Shown piece after piece: positions 37,960 to 48,704 of a stretch of DNA of 64,000 bases (the stretch's first letter is position 1; the number at the start of each line of letters is the position of its first letter). The DNA is from Pristiophorus japonicus (taxonomy: Eukaryota): NCBI RefSeq assembly GCF_044704955.1, contig NC_091982.1, positions 174,344,001-174,408,000 of the forward strand. Reading direction: 5' to 3'. Position numbers and translations under genes: made by a program. The notes under the pieces were generated by a model that did no database searches, was not told the origin of the DNA, and was given only the letters and a program-made list of their open reading frames with translations.

Positions 37960-39746
37960 AGTGAAGATGGATTCGGGTGAATTTATAATGGGAAACAAAG
38001 AAATGGCAGACCAATTGAACAAGTACTTTGGTTCTGTCTTCACAAAGGAAGACACAAATAACCTTCCGGATGTACTAGGGGACCGAGGGTCGAGTGTGCA
38101 GGAGGAACTGAAGGATATCCTTATTAGGCAGGAAATTGTGTTAGGGAAATTGACGGGATTGAAGGCTGATAAATCCCAAGGGCCTGATAGATGACAACCC
38201 AGAGTACTTAAGGAAGTGGCCCTAGAAATAGTGGATGCATTGGTGATCGTTTTCCAGCAGTCTATTGACTCTGCATCAGTTCCTATGGACTGGAGGGTTG
38301 CTAATGTAACGCCACTTTTTAAAAAAGGAGGGAGAGAGAAAACGGGTAATTATAGACCGGTTAGCCTGACATCAGTAGTGGGGAAAATGTTGGAATCAAT
38401 CATTAAGGATGAAATAGCGGTGCATTTGGAAAGCAGTGATAGGATCGGTCCAAGTCAGCATGGATTTATGAAAGGGAAATCATGCTTGACAAATCTTCTG
38501 GAATTTTTTGAGGATGTAACTAGTAGAGTGGACAAGGGAGAACCAGTGGATGTGGTGTATTTGGACTTTCAAAAGGCTTTTGACAAGGTCCCACACAAGA
38601 GATTGGTGTGCAAAATCAAAGCACATGGTATTGGGGGTAATGTGTTAACGTGGATAGAGAGCTGGCTGGCAGACAGGAAGCAGAGAGTCGGGATAAACTG
38701 GTCCTTTTCAGAATGGCAGGCAGTGACTAGTGGAGTGCCGCAGGACTCGGTGCTGGGACCCCAGCTCTTTACAATATATATTAATGATTTGGATGACGGA
38801 ATTGAGTGTAATATCTCCAAGTTTGCAGATGACACTAAACTGGGTGGCGGTGTGAGCTGTGAGGAGGACGCTAAGAGGCTGCAGGGTGACTTGGACAGGT
38901 TAGATGAGTGGACAAATACATGGCAGATGCAGTATAATGTGGATAAATGTGAGGTTATCCACTTTGGGGGCAAAAACACGAAGGCAGAATATTATCTGAA
39001 TGGCGGCAGATTAGGAAAAGGGGAGGTGCAGCGGGACCTGGGTATCATGGTTTATCAGTCCTTGAAAGTTGGCATGTAGGTATAGCAGGCGGTGAAGAAG
39101 GCAAATGGTATGTTGGCCTTCATAGCAAGGGGATTTGAGTATAGGAGCAGGGAAGTCTTACTGCAGTTGTACAGGGCCTTGGTGAGGCCCCAACTGGAAT
39201 ATTGCGTTCAGTTTTGGTCTCCTAATTGGAGGAAGGACATTCTTGCTATTGAGGGAGTGCAGCGAAGGTTCACCAGACTGATTCCAGGGATGGCTGGACT
39301 GACATATGAGGAGAGACTGGATCGATTGGGCCTTTATTCACTGGAGTTTAGAAGGATGAGAGGGGATCTCATAGAAACACATAAGATTCTGACGGGACTG
39401 GACAGGTTAGATGCAGGAAGAACGTTCCCGATGTTGGGGAAGTCCAGAACCACGGATCACAGTCTTAGGATAAGGGGCAGGCCATTTAGGACTGAGATGA
39501 GGAGAAACTTCTTCACTCAGTTGTTAACATGTGGTATTCCCTACTGCAGAGAGTTGTTGATGCCAGTTCATTGGATATATTCAAGAGGGAGTTAGATACG
39601 GCCCTTACGGCTAAAGGGATCAAGGGGTATGGACAGAAAGCAGGAAAGGGGTACTGAAGAAATGATCAGCCATGATCTTATTGAATGGTGGTGCAGGCAC
39701 GAAGGGCCGAATGGCTTACTCCTGCACCTATTTTCTATGTTTCTAT
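37960..39746 (+). mobile_element. CR1 LINE 3' 1.8 kb, sense orientation in intron 1
   Basis: ORFs 38216-39079 and 39092-39595 give CR1 RT (FADDTKLGG); tail ttttctatgtttctatg. Confidence 0.93.
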
Positions 39747-41020
39747 GGACAGATCAGGAGGAGTGATTGAAAGAGTGGTCAAAAAGATGGGTTTTGGAAA
39801 AAAAAAATGTAATGGCAGTGAGAGCAGGAGAGTCTAGGGTGCTTTTGAGAGAGAGTACCAGAGAATGGGGCTCAAGTACTTGAGAGCAATGCCACTAATG
39901 GTAGAGTGAAGGGGGACAGGCACATGCACAAATGAGGAGAGTTGGCGGACTGAAGGATGCGGATGGTATATAAGGCTGGAGGAACTTGAATGCCAGTACA
40001 AGATTTTGAATTTAATGCTTTGAGAGATTGGGAGCCAATATAGGTCAGTAAGGACTGGGGTAATGGGTAAACGGGGCTTAGTGAAGATCAAGATGTGGGC
40101 AGTTCAAGTTTTGGACCAGTTTTGGTGCCAAAAGATCAACACTGATTAGGATTTCAGCAGCAAAAGAGCTGATCTAAGGGTTGCGACAGGGAACATTGCT
40201 GAGGTGAAAATAATGGGTTTGTTGATGGTTAAGACATGGGGTTTGACCCTCAACTCGGGTGAGCAGGACACCAGGGTTTTGCACCTTTTGGTTCAGATTC
40301 GGCAAGCAGCAGATGGAGTTAAAAGCAAGATGAAGTTTATAGCAGTGGTCAAAAATGATGGCTATGTGTTTCCTATTGTGAGTTGGATGATCACCTCAAC
40401 CATGATTTCATGTTGAGCCGACAATCTGACATGGTCATGGATTTGATAATTGCATACTTAATGTAAGCTGATTGTAAGCTTGCTGATAATGCCACCAAGG
40501 CGCAGCAGGTAGAGGAGGGGGGCAAGGATTGATCCTTGAGGCTTTCCTGAGGTAACATTGTGGGTATGGGAAGAGTATCTGTTGCTGTTGCTGCATTAGC
40601 TTTGTTTGGATAAATCATAGTGAAACCATGCATGGGCAGTTCATTGGAGATGGACAATGGAGAAGAGGCAATGGAGGGGGATGTGTTGGTCAACTATCAA
40701 ATGCAGCAGAGTGGTTGAGGAGGACAAGGAGGGATGACTGATCTGTCACAGAAGATGCTTATTTTGATAGTGTTGTCAAAAGGATGGAAGCGAGACCTGA
40801 GGGATTCGGATAGGGAGTTTTAGAAGAAATGGGCATGGTATCGGAGATAACGACACGTTTGGCAACCTTGGGAAAGGACGTGGGTGGAGATGGGGCGTTA
40901 GTTGGAAAGGATAAATGGGTTTGAAGGTGAGTTTTTGTGTAGAAAATGGGGTAAGGGAGAGGGGTGTTGTCTGAGGAAGGACCTATTAACTATGTAAGTT
41001 AACATGGGGCTGGGATGGAT
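39747..41020 (-). mobile_element. Old L2 LINE fragment
   Basis: Antisense PITPVLTDLYWLPISQSIKFKIL, typical of the L2 ORF2 C-terminus. Confidence 0.7.
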
Positions 41021-41285
41021 AGTTGAGTGGTCATTTTGATATTTCTTTGTATTATTAGTGTGCACTTGGATTGTAATTATAAGCAAGAAAGAACCACAAA
41101 CTTTGAATTTGTCCCAACTGCCTTAAAAGTTGTATGTTGTATTATTAAATGTAGCATAGATTACAGCATTTTTGTTTTTCTATACAGCACAATAGCAACC
41201 TCTGTTTTTTAATTTATGTAAGCAAAATCAATTCCTTGTACTGTAAAACTCGATATACATTCCCAGACAGAAATAAAAAAAGTTA

Positions 41286-41384
41286 ATAAAAACAGAAAAT
41301 GTTGGAAACACTCAGCGGGTCAGGCAGCATCTATGGAGAGAGAAACAGAGTTAACGTTTCAGGTGGAGGAGTTTTCATCAGAAC
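41286..41384 (-). mobile_element. Penelope-like terminal repeat fragment with hammerhead core
   Basis: Reverse strand gtt-CTGATGA-aaactcctccacct-GAAACGTT-aactctgtttctctctccatagatgctgcctgacc. Confidence 0.6.
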
Positions 41385-41699
41385 ATGTGCATTTTAATAA
41401 ATATCCCAAGATGTTCAGAGGTGGAATGATTGCCAGCAAGTTGTAGGTGAATTTGGAGGTGACTGAAGGCATAGTCGAAGAGGTAAGTTTCAAGGAGGGT
41501 TTTGAAGCTGAGGAAAGAAGTAGCAAGGCAGAAGGATTTTAAGGGAAAAAAAGCTTCCGAGAGTAAAACCACACAGAATTATACATACAAGAAAATGACA
41601 GCAAATTTTGTTGGCAATGTAGACCTGGGAACTGAATGCCAATACATTATTTAAATAAATTGTTAGTAATAGATTGGGTTAGAAAGATTCTTTTATTAT

Positions 41700-42226
41700 A
41701 GGAACAGGAACAGGAATAGGCCATTCAATCCCTTGAGCCTGTTCTGCTATTCCATTGGATCATAGCTGATCTGTACCTCAACTCCATTTATCTGCTTTTG
41801 ATCCATGTCCTTTGATACCCATACCTAATAAAAAAATCTATTGATCTCCAATTTTCAAAATTCCAATTGACCCAGCATCCACAGCCTTTTGGTGGAGAGA
41901 ATTCCTGATTTCCAATACCATTTATGTGGAAAAAATGCTTCTTGTTTTCACTCCTGAATGGCCTAGCTCTAATTAATTATTGTAGCCCCTTGTACTGGAT
42001 TCCCCAAATCCCTTTATCATTTTAAACATCTCAATTAGATTTCAACCATCTAAACTCAAGGGGATACAAATCACATTTAAGTGACCTTTCTTTATAACTT
42101 AACTCTTTAAGCCAGCTCATCACTCAGGTTGAAACTGCACTGTACCCCTTCCAAGGCCAGTATATCCTTCCTGAGGTACGGTGCCCAAAACTGAACACAG
42201 TACTCCAGGTGGGGCCTGACAGAGCT
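41700..42226 (-). mobile_element. Old CR1 3' fragment
   Basis: ggaacaggaataggccattc tail; aactgaacacagtactccagg is antisense LEYCVQF. Confidence 0.75.
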
Positions 42227-42351
42227 TACTAGATAGTAATTGGGAGCGAGAATCCAGGCTGATTTCCTTCTCCATAATCCAGGAACACGAAACTCAATTG
42301 TAGCCCTTTGCCACTGTTGTGGCTGAGATTAGCTAACCAGCATAGAGTAAG

Positions 42352-43111
42352 GGGTCGAAATTGCCCCTTTTTTGCAACGCTCGTTAGTATCTCCGGGGGG
42401 GCACGAAACACTTCACCGGGGGGGGGGGGGGGGTGGTTGGTGGCGCTACCAGCTCCTGGGAAATTGCCTGGGTGTTAATGGAGGTGCTGCCACGGTAGCA
42501 CTCTGGTGCCGTCTCGCAATCGGCAATGATCCCATCGCTGTGCATGGCAAGCCCTTAGCATCATGCGCCAACCCCTTTCCATCCCACGGCAGATATTGCC
42601 CCGCGAGGCTGGTGCGAGCGGGTGTTAGCGCGAGCCTCGCGGGTCACAATGTGGGCCGACATCTGCTTGTGGGCTGGCAGTTAAAGGGGAAGTTGCGAGC
42701 GTCCCACACTGCAGTATTGGGATTATGCCAACTCACCGGTCGGCTCCAATTCTTGCCATTATGCAGCCCGGCACTCCGTTTTGGGTACCGCACTATCCTG
42801 ATGGCCTAGTTGAGGCCATCAGAGGCCGTGCAGAGTGCACAGTGGCCCTCCCCTTAAAGAGAAGAGAAGGGGAGGGGCGTTGAAATGCGTCAGTGCTACA
42901 CGGAGCATCTGCGTAATGTTGCCGATCGTGCCCCGTTAGCACTCTGGACCAGCACTAAGAGGAAGTGAAGCGTGTGAGATTGCGCTCCATGTCCTCTGAG
43001 GGACGGTAAGGCCAATTCAGTGGCCAGGGTGGGGCTTCCGCGCTGGGCACAGGAAGTACTGCCCCGATCAGGTTACCGCCCCCAGTTGGGGCACAGAGCA
43101 ACTTCACCCCC
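42352..43111. mobile_element. GC-rich Harbinger-type MITE
   Basis: Imperfect TIRs gggtcgaaattgc / gcaacttcaccccc; aag on both flanks. Confidence 0.6.
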
Positions 43112-43703
43112 AAGTATTTTAGCTGGGTCTTCCTGGTCTGTGTAGTTCAGTTGCTCACTGGCTGAACTATCCGAGGATCCTGTGTATGTATTTGTAACTA
43201 TCTATTTGACACAAGTCAATTTTAAAAACAGTCTTTCTAATGATGGTGGTTTAAATGACTCTACTCTTGATAAACTTTGTCTACTATCTGTGGAACAAAT
43301 CTAACCTATGCCTGATAAAATTGGTAAAGAGCCAGTGCTGTCTGACTATCATTTGTGCTGTGTTATGGACATTAGGTAGCTTGTCACTGTTTTACAGGGA
43401 ATCTTGCAGATTATTTTCCGCATGCATTCTTGAATTGCAACATTCATTTTTTATCTTTTTGGTCTTGTTTGATTGGATTTTATGCTGTATCTTGGTTGCT
43501 TTTATGAAAACTGACTCTTACTGGAAGAAGTTGAAAATTGAAAATTCCGGTTTCAAAAAATATTGGTGTCTCCTGCAACATGAAGAGTCTTGGTTCCTAA
43601 CTATTGAACTAGGCCATTGCTTATTTGTTTGTTTCACATTATCTACTAGACTTGATTAATATATTTTAAGCCAACGTTTTCCCTTTTTAATTGCATTTTA
43701 TAG

Positions 43704-43747
43704 CTGGAATCATTTCTCTTCTGGATGAAAAGGAGCCACAGCTCAAG
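43704..43747 (+). CDS. PSMD1: PSMD1 exon 2
   Basis: ttttatag|CT GGA ATC...CTC AAG|gttagt; (A)GIISLLDEKEPQLK; 44 nt. Confidence 0.95.
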
Positions 43748-44062
43748 GTTAGTGCTTCATCTTCAGAGAAACAATAATGCAAGTTTGAGGTATGCTGCGT
43801 GGTCTGGGAAACATTACTGAATGCTTTGACTGCAGCACCATTTATATAAAAGTGTGTAGTCTGTTCTTGAGATTAATATAAAATGAATGTAATCATCATA
43901 GGAGTGAAGTCTCTACATACTTTGTAAACTAAAATTAAACTGCTGGAACCAGAGCACTGCTGAGATAATTGGTAAGACTTCTGAATGTTAAATTTAGGGC
44001 AGCATTTGGATTATAATATAATAATTCAGATGCTGTTATGGCCTTTGTGTTTATACGGTTGA

Positions 44063-44590
44063 GGGCTAGAAATTCGCCGACTTTGTGACCAGGTTTTTGG
44101 CGATATTTCACCATATTTGGCGAAAACCGGTCGGTGGAAAATTCGGTGACGTTTTGTCGGTGCTTTCCACATACCGCTGGGGAGAGGAGCGCCACCATGC
44201 AAGATCCAAAATAATGTTTTCGCCAAAAATGTCGCGCTCGCCGCACCTGTGTTCTGCGCTCAGAATACCGATGGTAAAACCTGTCGTGCAGCCCTGCTAG
44301 CAGTGGTGAGTATGAAGACCTGTATTTAAAAAAAGAAGGTAAGTTAAAGTTTTTATTTTTTCATTCTTTTTCAGCGATTTGATCAGTGTCTTGTGAATGT
44401 TTTGTGAATTTTTTTGTTGGTGCCCCGCCCCCCCCCCCCCCAATCTCAAGTCCTCTCATAGCGCTAAAGTTGGCGAGGATCGCGATTTTTACCGTTGCGC
44501 AAATTAAAGCTTGAATTACCAGCCTACTAGCGGTAGTGAAAATGGTAATTTTGGCAAAAAAATACCGTTTGAAAACCGAATTTCTAGCCT
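44063..44590. mobile_element. Harbinger-type MITE, reversed sibling of 1771-2371
   Basis: TIRs gggctagaaattcg / cgaatttctagcct; internal sequence is reverse-complement-similar to 1771-2371. Confidence 0.85.
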
Positions 44591-44848
44591 TCTGAGTTTC
44601 TTCACTGCCTATGAATATTGAGGAGCTTCATTGGTTACTGACTGAATTAATAATCAAGTGGCCCTGAATCAGCAAATTTTTTCACCTCGGGATATAATAG
44701 TGTTAGTGTGAGACTGAAAAGCCTGCAGTTTGCTTTGCGCTCCCAACTGAAGGAGGCAGCGTACATTGCACGTTGAAACTTAACTTGGTTAGTCATCAAA
44801 AGTGTACTCTACACCCATGAATAAATATATATATTTTTTCTGTTCTAG

Positions 44849-44922
44849 GAATTTGCTCTGCACAAGCTGAACTCCGTAGTCAATGACTTCTGGGCTGAAA
44901 TTTCAGAATCTGTGGTTAAAAT
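44849..44922 (+). CDS. PSMD1: PSMD1 exon 3
   Basis: ttctag|GAA...AAA AT|gtaagg; EFALHKLNSVVNDFWAEISESVVK(I); 74 nt. Confidence 0.96.
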
Positions 44923-45118
44923 GTAAGGAATTTATGCTGTTCTGATAGTTTTGTTGTCATGTGAATTTCTGACTACTTTTGTTTTGGTAGTTAGAATTGA
45001 AGGACTTTATAATAAGTGTTGCTGTGTACTGTAAAATGAACAAATCCAAATTCATCACCTAATTTTTTAAATTAAAAGAGCATCTTGTGTTTCAGTGCTC
45101 TGTCTGTGAATGCTTGTA

Positions 45119-45639
45119 CAGGTGCAGTGTCGAGAATCCGGACTCCGGACCGATCAGTGGCAGGGTCGTTCGGAATCCCTAAAAGATTTCGGAATTTGGA
45201 CTGGAAGACCCTGCTGACCTTGGGGCTCCGCTGCTGCCCGATCTCGGGCCTCGCCTCACCGCTGCTCGCCTCGGGGCTTCTTCGCCGGCCCGCCCAATGG
45301 CCTCCTTGGTGGGGCCCCGCCCGACGACATCCTCGTTGGGCGGAACAGATCACCAACATCCTCAGCGATCTGTTCTGCCCGCCGACCTCCTTGGCGGGGC
45401 CCACCTGACGACATCCTCTTCGGCGGGGTCCGAACAGCTCCTCAGTGGGAATCTCTTTCCCTCTCCACCCCCCCCCCCCCCCCAATCCCTTTCTGACGTT
45501 CCAAAATCCGGAAATACCCGAACCTGGGCTCATGAGTTTCCGGATTCGTGATGTCAGAAAGCAAATTGTAAGTCCGGAAAAGCCCTGAATCTGGAATGGC
45601 CTCGGTCCCGAGGGTTCCGGATTTTAGGTGCTGCACCTG
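45119..45639. mobile_element. Tc1/mariner-pogo-type MITE
   Basis: TA|caggtgcag...ctgcacctg|TA; subterminal tccgga repeats; internal GC-rich ~36-bp repeats. Confidence 0.8.
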
Positions 45640-45842
45640 TATATCATCTCTGCACTTCGAAAATCAAAAGTATTAGAATGGTATGGTGTATTGGTACACA
45701 AGCTTGCTGTACCACTTCTAAAAACGGTAACCTGCACACTCTGAACATCCAACAACTGTTAATGGAATATTCAGTCAGTTGGCACAGCCCTCAAACTTAA
45801 TTGTATGAGAACACTAAAAAGTGACTCCCATACCGTGGGTCT

Positions 45843-46347
45843 CCATCATCATCATCATCATCATCATTGTAGGCAGTCCCTCGAATCGAGGAAGACTTGC
45901 TTTCACTCTAAAAGTGAGATCTTAGGTGACTGTACAGTCCAATATGGGAACCACAGTCTCTGTCACAGGTGGGACAGACAGTCATTGAAGGAAAGGGTGG
46001 GTAGGACTGGCTTGTCGCATGCTCCTTTCGTTGCCTGCGCCTGTTTTCTGCATGCTCTCGGCGACGAGACTCGAGGTGCTCAGCCCCACGCTCCCGGATG
46101 CACCTCCTCCACCTAGGGCGGTCTTCGGCCAGGGACTCCCAGGTGTCGCTGGGGATGTTGCATTTTATCAAGGAGGCTTTGAGGGTGACCTTGCAATGTT
46201 TTCTCTGCCCACTTTGGGCTCGCTTGCCGTGTTGGAGTTCCGAGTAGAGTGCTTGATTTGGCAGCCTTGTGTCAGGCATACGAACAATGTGGCCTGCCCA
46301 ACGCTACTGGTCGAGTGTGGTTAGTGCTTCGATGCTGGGGATGTGGG
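45843..46347 (-). mobile_element. RTE LINE 3' end (5'-truncated)
   Basis: (cat)n tail; ORF 45908-46279(-) MPDTRLP...CPTCDRDCGSHIGLYSHLRSH; TSD cgtgggtct. Confidence 0.9.
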
Positions 46348-46619
46348 CGTGGGTCTAAGCAGCCAGAAGCAACATCATAAGATTTCTCTCTCACATGTTG
46401 TCACTACTTTGCACTTGAGAACTGGCTAAAATGTCATGGTCTTGTGTGAGAATTAGCAAGCATTACAGTGCAGCCACTTTGCTGGTAGGCTGGCCGTACT
46501 GATCACAAGTAAATTGAGGAGAATGGTGCCATCAGCTTGTTCTACCAATACCTAGGTAACAATATATAATCAATTAATGAGTATAAAGGTTCTAATACTG
46601 ATATTGTGCTCCTTTTTAG

Positions 46620-46789
46620 TGAGGAATTATATGAAGATGAGACATTCAGGAGTCGGGAGTTTGCTGCCTTAGTGGCATCTAAAGTTTTTTACCACCTGGG
46701 AGCCTTTGAGGAATCGCTGAACTATGCGCTTGGAGCTGGGGATCTCTTCAATGTTAATGATGAATCTGAATACGTGGAGACCATTATAG
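46620..46789 (+). CDS. PSMD1: PSMD1 exon 4
   Basis: tttttag|T GAG...ATA G|gtcagc; [56 protein letters not shown]; 170 nt. Confidence 0.97.
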
Positions 46790-47569
46790 GTCAGCATTCT
46801 TTAATTTCCATCACTATTTACTAACTATTTTCAAACTTTTTTCTGGTGAATTATTTCATAAGAGTGTAACACTAAAAAATTGGTATTTAATGATGCAAGG
46901 TTGGGCCTTGCTTGTGGATTTTTCTGAGATATCTTGAGCCTGCTTCTGAAGTTTTTAAAACTCTTCTTTGATGACTTCAGCTTTGGAAAGAGTATAACCA
47001 AGTTGCCATGGTCTGTTATTTTAAACTTCCAACACCTGCTATCCTGGTTGTTGTAATTATTAAAGTTTTCTGGTTCAGTTATTGCGAAATGTACAACATT
47101 TTAGAGTTGAGAGGCTGTGAAATTCACTTCCAGGGTTAGTGGTTAGTGCTGACATTCAAGATAAGATTGGATAAAGGAAAGGGGAGTTGAAGGGATATGG
47201 GAACAGGACGGGTAACTGTAATTTATAGGACTATTTACTTGTGGAGGGTAAACACATGAACTGGTTGAGCCAAATGGTCTGTTACCGTGCTGTGACTTCT
47301 ATGTATTAAAGCTGCTCAGTATAGATTTGTGCCCACTGATCTGAAGGATGTTACCTCAGGGAGTAGTATGGTAACATTTATAATGAATCCTCTACTACCC
47401 TGCCCCGACTTCGAATCTATTAAACCAGTGTGATGTTTTATATTTCCCACACACATCATGGGAAAGCTTTTCTAAGTGGTATTGCCATGTAGTACCAAAT
47501 TAGGGAAGTTTGTGATGTGGGTCCATGCCTGCTAGAAATTGAGTTAATTACTGTTCAAACTCCGTTCAA

Positions 47570-47844
47570 AACAGCAACTTGCATTTATATTGCACCTTTA
47601 CCGTAGAAAAATGTCTCTAGGTGCAAATGGCTGCTGATCCAAAGAAGGAGAAATAGCTGGGGTGACCAAAAGCTTGGTCAAAGAGGTGGATTTTGAGGAT
47701 TAGAGGAAGGTGAAGTGGTGTAAGGAGGGAATTCAGGAGAGTGGGGCTGAGGTACCTGAAGGCATGGCCGTTGGGAATAAAGGTGGCCATGCAAACGAAG
47801 TTGGAGTTTGGGAGAGATTTGTAAGGCTGGAGATGGTTAGAGAG
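47570..47844 (-). mobile_element. L2 3' fragment
   Basis: aacagcaacttgcatttatattgcacc...tgaccaaaagcttggtcaaagagg. Confidence 0.7.
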
Positions 47845-48704
47845 AGGCTGGAATTTTACCGGTGCTGCAAGTGCGAGTTTGGAGGTGGGTCAGCTGTCAA
47901 AATGGCCATGATTCACAGCTGTTCAATTTCCAATATTGGAAGCTGGGGCCTTCAGGATTTGGAATATACTTTTCAGCTTAGTGAACTCTCTATCCAGTGT
48001 CACCTCTCTCTCCATTGACTGCTCGCTTCTGTCATCTCAACTTCAGCTGCCATCTATTCCATCAGCATCAGTCCCCTTGAAAACATCTCACCTTGGTCCT
48101 CAGAATCCCACCATGATCAGCCCCAACACCAACATAACCAACAGCACCAACCTTCTCTGCAATGTGGTCAGGTGCTGATGCTCTGTCCTGTGCAGCATCA
48201 GCACCTGACCATATTGCTGTCCGGGAGGCCAGGGATGGCTCCACCATGGCCAGATTGACTAGTTGACGCTGTACACCCTGGCTGCCACATGATGCGCCAG
48301 GTTGGCACCACCCACACCAACACCATAAAGCATCCGTACAATGCCCAAGCCATTCCTTTCACACTCATCACCATTTGGGGTGGGGTACTGTTGTATCTCA
48401 TGATTCACTGCAACTCACTAAGCCACTTCCAAAGGTGCACTCACATTTGTCCAAGAAGGCAAAGTGTTGAAAATAAAGATTTCAATGTTTGACAACACAT
48501 TAATATAAACTTTACAAGAACATTGGGTAAAAGACCCAAGTGCCTACCCATGTGTGTTAGTTGGTATGATTGGATAAGGATGAGGTTATGTGTGAGGGAT
48601 GGCTAGTGAGATGGGATGTGATAATGTAGATAGAGAGAGAGAGCGAGAGATGGGTGGAGGTGCAAGATAAGTTGGTGTGAGTAAGGATGGGTAGGGTAGG
48701 GAAG

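Noticed and set aside
43255-43659. 134-aa hydrophobic ORF in PSMD1 intron 1
   Set aside because: Reflects T-rich intronic composition; no recognisable domain or splice support.
45805-46116. ORF with a poly-His run (HHHHHHH)
   Set aside because: The His run is the (cat)n tail of an antisense RTE LINE, not a gene or tag.
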